Origin: Opitutia bacterium | Lineage (GTDB): Bacteria > Verrucomicrobiota > Verrucomicrobiia > Opitutales > T3Sed10-336 | Assembly (NCBI GenBank): GCA_050506795.1 | Contig: JBJHCF010000063.1 | Coordinates: 1-18,069, forward strand | DNA length: 18,069 nucleotides | Direction of reading: 5' to 3' | Part shown: positions 8,270-15,578 of the stretch, piece after piece | Position numbering within the stretch: position 1 is the first letter of the stretch | Layout of the letters: the number at the start of each line of letters is the position of its first letter | The notes under the pieces: model-generated | The model's input: only the letters and a program-made list of their open reading frames with translations | Told to the model about the DNA's origin: nothing | Databases searched by the model: none | Program-made: the position numbers and the translations under genes

Positions 8270-9451
8270 ATGAAACCGTCCATTGATGAGAAGTTGTTTA
8301 ACAAGGCCCGGGATCTGGAGCCGCTGATCCGTGAACACACCGACCAGACCGAACGCAACCGGCGGCCGGCCGAAGCGGTGATGGAGGGCCTGCGGGATGC
8401 CGGACTCCAGCGGATGTTCGTCCCCAGATCCCTGGGCGGGCACGAGGTGGATCCGGTGACGTACGCGCGGGTGGCGGAGGTCATCGCGGGTTTCGACAGC
8501 GTGGCGGGCTGGGCCTTGCAGCTTGGCAATCACGTTGCCTGGTGGTGTGCCCGGCTGCCCGGGGAAGGGGTGGAAGCGATTTATGGAAAGGGACCCGATG
8601 TCCCCATCGCCGCCGCCTTCCATCCGCCTCTGAAAGCGGTCGAGGAAAACGGCGGGTACCGCCTCACCGGCCGGGCGCCCCTGGCGAGCAACATCCACAA
8701 TGCCGACTGGCTGTTGCTGAGCGGGATGGTCATGGAGGGAGACCAGCCCAGAATGTCCGATGGCGCTCCCGAACTCCTCCAACTCATCGTTCGTCGAAAC
8801 GAGGTGGACATTCACGATACCTGGCACGCCCTGGGAATGCGCGGGACAGACAGCAATGATGTGGCCGTGGACGGTGTCCCGGTTCCGGCGGAGCGAGTCT
8901 TTCCGCTCGCCCCGGAATTCGAGCCGGGATTGCATTACAAGGGGCCGCTTTACCGGTTTCCGGGGACGGGCGCGGTGGTGACCATTTTCACTCCGGTACT
9001 GCTGGCGATCGGGCAGGGGGCCATCGACGAGTTCAAGGCGCTGGCCCTGGAGAAGACGCCCATGGGCTACGCCCGAAAACTCCGTGAGCGCACGCTCGTT
9101 CAGGCGACCCTGGCTCGCGCCGAAGCCATGCTGCGTTCGGCGCGATCGTTCTTCCACGAAACGATTTCCGAGGCCTGGGAACGAACTCTGAACGGCGAAC
9201 CGTTCACCCTCGACCGGAACGCCGACCTGCTCCTGGCGGGAACGCACGCGGGACAAACCGCCGCGAAAGTCGCCGAAATGCTGCACAATCTAGCAGGAAC
9301 CTCCGGCATCTACACCTCCAGTCGCCTGGAACGCCTCTTCCGCGACGCCCACACCCTGCGCCACCACGGATTCGTCTCGGCGAACCGCTTCGAAACGGTC
9401 GGCCAGGTCCGGCTCGGAGTAGAACCGGAATTTCCCTTCGTGAGGATTTGA
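8270..9451 (+). CDS. Acyl-CoA dehydrogenase-fold flavin-dependent monooxygenase (HsaA-like)
   Basis: GLQRMFVPRSLGGHE, GGYRLTGR, DTWHALGMRGTDSNDV, AGTSGIY, LERLFRDAH. SD GGGAG before ATG 8270; the longer ORF start (8216) lies inside the repeat. Confidence 0.88.
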   Translation: MKPSIDEKLFNKARDLEPLIREHTDQTERNRRPAEAVMEGLRDAGLQRMFVPRSLGGHEVDPVTYARVAEVIAGFDSVAGWALQLGNHVAWWCARLPGEGVEAIYGKGPDVPIAAAFHPPLKAVEENGGYRLTGRAPLASNIHNADWLLLSGMVMEGDQPRMSDGAPELLQLIVRRNEVDIHDTWHALGMRGTDSNDVAVDGVPVPAERVFPLAPEFEPGLHYKGPLYRFPGTGAVVTIFTPVLLAIGQGAIDEFKALALEKTPMGYARKLRERTLVQATLARAEAMLRSARSFFHETISEAWERTLNGEPFTLDRNADLLLAGTHAGQTAAKVAEMLHNLAGTSGIYTSSRLERLFRDAHTLRHHGFVSANRFETVGQVRLGVEPEFPFVRI

Positions 9452-9485
9452 TCCTATAGCGAATGACACTCGGTTTGGGCAAAAA

Positions 9486-9621
9486 GTAGAACACGCATCC
9501 AGCGTGTTGTCTCACGCAGGATGCGTGCCCTACTTCGAGCCAGTGTGCTTGCCCAAGGAAGATTTGCCTATAGTAGTTCACGCTTCCAGCGTGAGTTTTG
9601 CACGCAGGATGCGTGCGCTAC
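9486..9621. repeat. Two REP doublets (9486-9533 and 9573-9621)
   Basis: GTAGAACACGCATCCAGCGTGTT...CACGCAGGATGCGTGCCCTAC; GTAGTTCACGCTTCCAGCGTGAG...GCACGCAGGATGCGTGCGCTAC. Confidence 0.9.
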
Positions 9622-9749
9622 TACGGCTCACACTCTTCCGACACAATCGCTTTCATCGTATAGCTCCAACGATTACGTTTTTAGCAGTAGAATATGTACT
9701 GCATTTCTTTCTTAACCTCAGGGGTAAAACGCCCAATATTTAGGTCAGT

Positions 9750-10358
9750 ATGCAAAATACTGATGAAATAGATGCGCGACGTTTAACTCTGGCTGAGGTC
9801 GCTCAGATTCAGGCGGGTTACCTGAGTCGCGAGCGGGTTGAGGTTGTGGCGGAGGGCACGCATCGGTTGCTTCTGGCGAGAGATGTTTCTGAAGGACAAG
9901 GGGTTCGGGCTGAGGATGCGATACGGTTTTTTCCGGAACGGAATCCGGAGCCTTACCAGGTGGAGGCGGGTGATGTCCTGCTGGTGGCGAGGGGGCAGGT
10001 TCACGGAGCGCACCTCATTGAGGAGGATTTGCCCAACACGCTCGCTTCGAGCGTCTTCTACATTTTGCGCCCGCGGCGGGAGTCCGTTCTCCCGGCGTAC
10101 CTCACCTGGTGGCTCAATCAGCCGGACGTCCAGGCGGAAATCAATGCCGGGGCCGGGGGTACGGGGATCAGCTACTTGGGGCGTCAGGCAGTGGAGCGGC
10201 TGGGGGTGGCGGTTCCGCCATTGTCGTTGCAGCAACGGGTTGTTGAGGTAATGGATCTCTTCCGTCGCGGGAAAGCGCTGCAAACCGCCATCGAAGAACG
10301 GCGGGAACTGCTGGTCCAATCTATCTGCAAGAATGCCATTCTATCCACTATTGACTAA
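9750..10358 (+). CDS. Short type I R-M specificity-subunit-like protein (single TRD + helix)
   Basis: TLAEVAQIQAG...GDVLLVARG...LPAYLTWWLNQP...LGVAVPPLSLQQRVV resembles one HsdS half. Confidence 0.8.
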   Translation: MQNTDEIDARRLTLAEVAQIQAGYLSRERVEVVAEGTHRLLLARDVSEGQGVRAEDAIRFFPERNPEPYQVEAGDVLLVARGQVHGAHLIEEDLPNTLASSVFYILRPRRESVLPAYLTWWLNQPDVQAEINAGAGGTGISYLGRQAVERLGVAVPPLSLQQRVVEVMDLFRRGKALQTAIEERRELLVQSICKNAILSTID

Positions 10359-10456
10359 ATAGCAACATATTATGAAACGGCCCTCAAACTTTCGATGCTC
10401 TCCTGTCTCCGGAATTCCGCGCATTTCGCACAGAGTTTTCGAAAGGGTGCATCATA

Positions 10457-10504
10457 GTAGTGCACGCATCCTGCGTGCGGATTCACGCTGGAAGCGTGAG
10501 CTAC
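10457..10504. repeat. REP doublet (B + A)
   Basis: GTAGTGCACGCATCCTGCGTGCG-GAT-TCACGCTGGAAGCGTGAGCTAC. Confidence 0.9.
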
Positions 10505-10579
10505 TTCTCCCACCGAACGGCCTCCCCGGAGAACAGGCTGCAGTAACACCGCGAAACTTGCATATGGGCGAAAAACCTT

Positions 10580-10627
10580 TCCATATTGAAGGCAGCCTTT
10601 AATATGGAGCCAAAATTCTTCCATATT
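10580..10627. promoter_or_regulatory. Palindromic operator-like element upstream of the Fic gene
   Basis: TCCATATT-G-AAGGC-A-GCCTT-T-AATATGGA (10580-10608) plus a third half-site TCCATATT at 10620-10627. Confidence 0.5.
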
Positions 10628-10641
10628 AAACTTTCCCAACG

Positions 10642-11847
10642 ATGAACCCGACGGATCCAACCTTTGCTGCGGAACGCCCCCGAGCCGGGCGCTACATTCG
10701 CCAACCGACCGGCTACCGGGCGTTCTATCCGTCGCCTCTTCCGCCGGACCCTCCGATCAGGCTTGAGGGCGAACTCCAGGCGTTGCTTTCGGCCGCTGAC
10801 CGGGCACTCGGCCGCCTTGATGGATCGATTCAGACCCTCCCCAATCCGGATCTTTTCGTTTTCATGTACGTGCGAAAGGAGGCGGTTCTCTCCAGTCAGA
10901 TCGAGGGCACCCAGAGCTCGCTGCAGGATGTGCTTGCCGCGGAAGCGCAGATTCTTACGCCCGGGCTCCCTCGCGATGTCGGGGAAGTGGTCAACTACGT
11001 CACGGCGATGAACTACGGCCTCGACAGGCTGGCGGGGATGCCGATTTCCGTGAGGTTGATCCGAGAGATCCATGAACACCTTCTCAAGGGAGTCCGTGGC
11101 GCCCATCTCACGCCCGGAGAGTTGCGGCGTTCGCAAAATTGGATCGGTCCGGGCGACTGTTCCCTCAACGAGGCGACCTTCGTTCCGCCACCACCCCATG
11201 AAGTTCCCGAGGCGCTGGGGGCTCTGGAGCAATTCCTCAACTCTCCAAGCGACCTGCCGCAGCTCATTCAGATCGGTCTCGCGCACGCCCAATTCAAGAC
11301 CGTTCACCCGTTTCTTGACGGCAACGGCCGGGTAGGCCGTCTCTTGATCACGTTTCTTCTCTGCCAGCGGGAGATTCTCGTGAAGCCGGTCCTGTACCTG
11401 TCCCATTTTTTCAAAAAGCACCGCGCCGAGTATTACGAACGCCTCCAGGCCGTTCGCGACGAGGGAGACTGGGAGGGATGGCTCGCCTTCTTCCTGCGCG
11501 GGATTGCCGCGGTCAGTAAGGAAGCGACGGAGACCGCACGTCGGATCCTCCTCCTTCGCGAAGAACATCGCGCGGACGTGACGTCGGGCCTTGGGCGCTC
11601 CGCCGCGAACGGACACCTAGTACTCGAGCACCTCTACCGGCGTCCCATTCTCTCTGTGATCGATGTGCGGACCCTGACAGGCACCTCCTATGCGGCGGCC
11701 AATAACCTGGTATCTCGAATGGGAGAGCTTGGGATCTTGCAGGAAATCACCGGCAACAAACGCAACCGCCAATTCCGCTACCAACCGTATATTGATATCT
11801 TTGGCGAGAATCGTCCGGAGGAAAATGAATCCGAGAACCCGCAATGA
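10642..11847 (+). CDS. Fic-family protein with N-terminal autoinhibitory motif and C-terminal HTH-like region
   Basis: Canonical HPFLDGNGRVGR; SSQIEG fits the (S/T)xxxE(G/N) inhibitory helix; C-terminal LQEITGNKRNRQFRYQPY. Confidence 0.95.
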   Translation: MNPTDPTFAAERPRAGRYIRQPTGYRAFYPSPLPPDPPIRLEGELQALLSAADRALGRLDGSIQTLPNPDLFVFMYVRKEAVLSSQIEGTQSSLQDVLAAEAQILTPGLPRDVGEVVNYVTAMNYGLDRLAGMPISVRLIREIHEHLLKGVRGAHLTPGELRRSQNWIGPGDCSLNEATFVPPPPHEVPEALGALEQFLNSPSDLPQLIQIGLAHAQFKTVHPFLDGNGRVGRLLITFLLCQREILVKPVLYLSHFFKKHRAEYYERLQAVRDEGDWEGWLAFFLRGIAAVSKEATETARRILLLREEHRADVTSGLGRSAANGHLVLEHLYRRPILSVIDVRTLTGTSYAAANNLVSRMGELGILQEITGNKRNRQFRYQPYIDIFGENRPEENESENPQ

Positions 11848-11867
11848 AAAGGATGTTCATTCACAAA

Positions 11868-11980
11868 GTAGCTCACGCTTCCAGCGTGAATCGCTCGCAC
11901 GCAAGATGCGTGCCCTACTTCCTCCACGCTACCAGCGTGAAACAACAACACTCAAGCTGCACGCAGGATGCGTGCCCTAC
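11868..11980. repeat. Two REP doublets (11868-11918 and 11925-11980, the second lacking its 5' GTAG)
   Basis: GTAGCTCACGCTTCCAGCGTGA...CGCACGCAAGATGCGTGCCCTAC; CACGCTACCAGCGTGA...GCACGCAGGATGCGTGCCCTAC. Confidence 0.9.
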
Positions 11981-12073
11981 TTCCTGCTTCTACGCATGAA
12001 TTTGAATTAGGGAATTGCGACGTACCTTAAGAAAACAATTGAAATACCGAATATCAGTAGTTAGACAGTCATT

Positions 12074-12667
12074 ATGAAAATCGACGCGAACCGGTTGGAG
12101 GAGGCGTTCTCCCTTTTGGGGGATCTTCTTGCTGCGCGCCAGCGTCCGGCCTCCCATTTTGTTGTGTGCGGCGGGTCGTCGCTGATTGCCCTCGGAATGG
12201 TCAATCGTTCGGTGACGCGTGATGTCGATGTCCTGGCCTCTATCGTCGATGGCGAGCTTTTGTCGCCGCGACCGCTACCCGATTGGTTTTTGGAGGATGC
12301 GGAAGACGTTCGCAGTCAACTGGACCTGCCACACGAGTGGATTAATGCGGGACCGGCCGACGATTCCTTTTTTCGCTTTGGCTTTCCCGAAGGGCTGGCG
12401 TCGCGACTGACGGAAAGAACTTTCGGTCCGGTATTCACGGTCAGTTTTATCAGCCGGTACGACCAGATTCACTTTAAGCTCTACGCCGCGGCGGACACGG
12501 GCCCCGGGCGCCATTTTCAGGACCTGCGGGATCTCCGGCCGAATCCTGAAGAATTGCTGGCCGCGGCGCGCTGGACCGTGGAGCACGACCCCTCCGAGGG
12601 CTTCAGGCTGGTGCTCGGACAACTTCTCGAACATCTCGGATATGGAGACCTCATTAACCAAATTTAA
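12074..12667 (+). CDS. Putative nucleotidyltransferase (DUF6036/AbiEii-like, Pol-beta superfamily)
   Basis: VVCGGSSL...VTRDVDVL fits the hGG..DxD NTase motif; downstream WINAGP, KLYA and HFQDL motifs. Confidence 0.8.
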   Translation: MKIDANRLEEAFSLLGDLLAARQRPASHFVVCGGSSLIALGMVNRSVTRDVDVLASIVDGELLSPRPLPDWFLEDAEDVRSQLDLPHEWINAGPADDSFFRFGFPEGLASRLTERTFGPVFTVSFISRYDQIHFKLYAAADTGPGRHFQDLRDLRPNPEELLAAARWTVEHDPSEGFRLVLGQLLEHLGYGDLINQI

Positions 12668-13643
12668 GGACCGCTTCCATGATCTGACGGTGTCATTCCT
12701 CTGGCGCCAGTGGTCCGCGCTGGGCGTCTCCGGTTATGCCCATATGGAGGACCGGCGGGTTATTGATCCCGAAGCGTTGCTCTTGTTCTCGACCGGGGCG
12801 GCACGATACGATTCGAGACTCTTCGACGAAATCCTCGACTGGCTTCAGCAAAACGGCGAATGGATCAACATCCAGCGGCTGTCGCGTATTCAAGCACTCC
12901 ATCAGATCGCCGAGCCCACGATCCTGGCTGCCATCGGCGACTTTCTTTCCCAACAGTCCGAACATCGAAAATGGAAGAGCCTCACGCGGAAAATCCGTCC
13001 CCTCGCGGAGCCGTGTCCCCTCTTTATTGAGCTGCCGGCCTATGGGAAACGGGATGAAACCTTTCTACGCTGGGGATGGGAGCGTAACCCGCCGCAAACC
13101 CGTGGGATGAGCCGGTTTCCTCCGGTCGGCGTTTGCACCTCGCTTCTTTTCAAGCTGCGTGCCCTGTTCGGAACCCAGTCGCGCGCCGACATCATCGGAT
13201 GGCTCCTAACCCACGAGTCCGGTCACCCGGCGGCCATTGCCAGGGAACTCGGATATTTCCCGCGCTCGGTTCAACTCGTGCTCAATGACCTGGCCCAATC
13301 CGGTCACATCCAAACACTGCGGGCGGGTCGGGAAAAACACTTTTCCGTTCGCCATGATGAATGGCGCTTTCTCGTTACCTGGCCGGAACCGTCAAAATTC
13401 CCTGAATGGGAAGACTGGACAGGCCGGTTTGCCGTTCTTCGACGAGCCGCCGGCCTGATCGATCGTCCGGATCTGGATCAGCTTTCCGTTGAAGTGCAGG
13501 CGATTGAAATGAAAAAGATTCTCGACCCCGCCGCTTACACGAGGACCGCACCCGGCCACTCGTTTGACCCGCCGCGGAACGAATTGAAAGGTGAGGATTC
13601 CCTCGTGGCCAGCGTCCGTGTTCTGAACCGCCTTTTCTCGTAG
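12642..13643 (+). CDS. Hypothetical protein with probable internal winged HTH; partner of the NTase
   Basis: Overlaps the NTase gene by 26 nt; RADIIGWLLTHESGHPAAIARELGYFPRSVQLVLNDLAQSGHI looks like a wHTH; N-terminal domain not recognised. Confidence 0.75.
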   Translation: METSLTKFKDRFHDLTVSFLWRQWSALGVSGYAHMEDRRVIDPEALLLFSTGAARYDSRLFDEILDWLQQNGEWINIQRLSRIQALHQIAEPTILAAIGDFLSQQSEHRKWKSLTRKIRPLAEPCPLFIELPAYGKRDETFLRWGWERNPPQTRGMSRFPPVGVCTSLLFKLRALFGTQSRADIIGWLLTHESGHPAAIARELGYFPRSVQLVLNDLAQSGHIQTLRAGREKHFSVRHDEWRFLVTWPEPSKFPEWEDWTGRFAVLRRAAGLIDRPDLDQLSVEVQAIEMKKILDPAAYTRTAPGHSFDPPRNELKGEDSLVASVRVLNRLFS

Positions 13644-13706
13644 TACGCTTAACGGTATTTTCAGCTCTTCAGAAAATGATCGAGACGCCACTGATGAAAC
13701 GCCGAA

Positions 13707-13757
13707 GTAGCTCACGCTTCCAGCGTGAATGGTTCGCACGCAGGATGCGTGCGCTAC
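13707..13757. repeat. REP doublet (A + B)
   Basis: GTAGCTCACGCTTCCAGCGTGA-ATGGTT-CGCACGCAGGATGCGTGCGCTAC. Confidence 0.9.
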
Positions 13758-13816
13758 TTCAGGCCGCGCTTCACAAGGAATTGAATAACCCCCTTCATCG
13801 AACTTCTACTTTCCTC

Positions 13817-15379
13817 ATGACCGACACCACCACCCAAAAGCAAATCAACGAAATCCTCTGGCAGGCTTGTGACACGTTTCGCGGGACGCTGGATCCGACG
13901 CAGTACAAGGATTATATCCTGGTGACGCTTTTCTTGAAATACCTGTCGGATCTCTGGAAGGACAAGCGCGAAAAGTATGAAAAGCAATACAAGGGCGACG
14001 CTAAACGGGTCGAGCGGGCGTTGCGCCGGGAGCGGTTCGTGGTGCCGACGGTGGAATTGAAGGATCGTAACGGAAAAGTGGAGGATGCGTTTCCGGCAAC
14101 ATTCGACAGTCTCTACGAGCGGCGCACGCGGTCCAACCTCGGGGAGCTGATCAACATCACGCTCGAAGCGATCGAGGACGCCAACAAGACGAAACTCGAA
14201 AACGTCTTCCGCAACATCGACTTCAACTCCGAGCCGAATCTCGGGCAGGCGAAGGACCGCAACCGGCGGCTGAACCACCTGTTGGAGGACTTCGCCAAAC
14301 CTCAGCTCGACCTGCGCCCCAGCCGGATCGGCAATAACGACGTCATCGGCGACGCCTACGAATACCTCATCAGCCGCTTCGCCGCCGACTCGGGCAAGAA
14401 AGGCGGCGAGTTCTACACGCCGGGCGAGGTGGCCACGCTTCTCGCGAAACTGCTCAAGGCGAAGCCCGGGGACACCATCTGCGACCCAGCCTGCGGGTCC
14501 GGCTCGCTGCTCATCCGCGTCGCGAAGGAAGTCGATTCCGACAACTTCGCCCTCTACGGGCAGGAATCCAACGGCAGCACCTGGGCGCTCTGCCGGATGA
14601 ACATGTTCCTCCACGCCATGGACAACGCCCGCGTCGAGTGGTGCAACACCATCACCAGCCCCCACCTGGTGGAAGGCGACCGCCTGCTCAAGTTCAACAT
14701 CGTCGTGGCCAATCCGCCCTTCTCCCTCGACAAATGGGGCCAGGACCACGCCGAAAATGACCCCTACAACCGCTTCTGGCGCGGCATCCCGCCCAAGAGC
14801 AAAGGCGACTACGCCTTCATCAGCCACATGGTGGAAACCGCCCTCGAAGACGAAGGCCGCGTCGGCGTCATCGTCCCGCACGGCGTCCTGTTCCGCGGTG
14901 GGGCCGAAGGCAAAACCCGTCAGAAACTGATCGAGGACAATCTCATCGAAGCCATCATCGGCCTGCCCGCCTACCTCTTCTTCGGCACCGGAATTCCCAC
15001 CGCCATCCTCATCCTCAACAAATCCCGCAAACCCTGGACCAAAGCCCGCTCCCGCCGGGACAAACACGTCCTCTTCATCGACGCCAGCCGCGAGTTCGAA
15101 GACGGCAAGAACCAGAACCGCCTCCGCCAAGCGGACATCAATAAAATCGTCGGGACCTACGACAAATTCGAAGCCGTCGAGAAATACGCCCACCCGGCCA
15201 CTCTGGAGGAGATCAAGGAGAACGAATTCAACCTCAACATCCCCCGCTACGTGGACACGTTCGAACCCGAACCCGAAGTGGACATCCCCGCCGTGCGGAA
15301 AGAGATCAAGGAACTGGAAAAAGAACTCGCCCAGGTCGAACGCGAGTTGGAGGGGCACTTGAAGGAGTTGGGATGGTGA
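13817..15379 (+). CDS. hsdM: Type I R-M DNA methyltransferase subunit M (520 aa)
   Basis: LWQACDTFRG..YKDYIL, GEFYTP, motif I DPACGSG, motif IV NPPF, PHGVLFRG and FNLNIPRYVDT. ATG 13817 chosen because the longer ORF's N-terminus is read through the REP. Confidence 0.97.
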   Translation: MTDTTTQKQINEILWQACDTFRGTLDPTQYKDYILVTLFLKYLSDLWKDKREKYEKQYKGDAKRVERALRRERFVVPTVELKDRNGKVEDAFPATFDSLYERRTRSNLGELINITLEAIEDANKTKLENVFRNIDFNSEPNLGQAKDRNRRLNHLLEDFAKPQLDLRPSRIGNNDVIGDAYEYLISRFAADSGKKGGEFYTPGEVATLLAKLLKAKPGDTICDPACGSGSLLIRVAKEVDSDNFALYGQESNGSTWALCRMNMFLHAMDNARVEWCNTITSPHLVEGDRLLKFNIVVANPPFSLDKWGQDHAENDPYNRFWRGIPPKSKGDYAFISHMVETALEDEGRVGVIVPHGVLFRGGAEGKTRQKLIEDNLIEAIIGLPAYLFFGTGIPTAILILNKSRKPWTKARSRRDKHVLFIDASREFEDGKNQNRLRQADINKIVGTYDKFEAVEKYAHPATLEEIKENEFNLNIPRYVDTFEPEPEVDIPAVRKEIKELEKELAQVERELEGHLKELGW

Positions 15380-15390
15380 AAACGAAAAAA

Positions 15391-15563
15391 GTAGCTCACG
15401 CTTCTAGCGGCAAGCACGGGACTTCGCATGAGGCTCAGCAGGGGCGTGAATGGGGAATCGCCCAAAGTAGCTCACGCTTCCAGCGTGAGTCCGAAACCCT
15501 CAAAGTAGATCACGCTTCTAGCGTGATTCAGAAAACCGCACACACGCAAGATGCGTGCGCTAC
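15391..15563. repeat. REP cluster: three tandem A units (first with a 37-bp insert) and one inverted B unit
   Basis: GTAG starts at 15391, 15467 and 15505; CACGCAAGATGCGTGCGCTAC ends at 15563. Confidence 0.9.
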
Positions 15564-15578
15564 TTCAGGTACCGCGTA

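Noticed and set aside
6593..9286. Minus-strand ORFs 6593-8092 and 8183-9286
   Set aside because: Antisense shadows of the TPR and monooxygenase genes.
9504..9743. Small ORFs sharing peptides such as HASSV, SSSRFQRE and HAGCVPYF (also 10370-10660, 11690-12010, 15373-15579)
   Set aside because: These are translations of the REP repeats, not a protein family.
10501..11616. 371-aa minus-strand ORF (likewise 2987-3814)
   Set aside because: Antisense to the well-supported Fic and rtcB genes.
13676..13816. N-terminal extension of HsdM (likewise 8216-8269 and 15555-15578 for their genes)
   Set aside because: The extensions start in or run through repeat DNA; family similarity begins at the later ATG.
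13754..15358. 534-aa minus-strand ORF
   Set aside because: Antisense shadow of GC3-rich hsdM; no recognisable motifs.
15391..15563. CRISPR array (tandem 22-nt palindromic repeats)
   Set aside because: Only three direct units with short uneven spacers plus an inverted unit; the same repeat is dispersed in both orientations; no cas genes.
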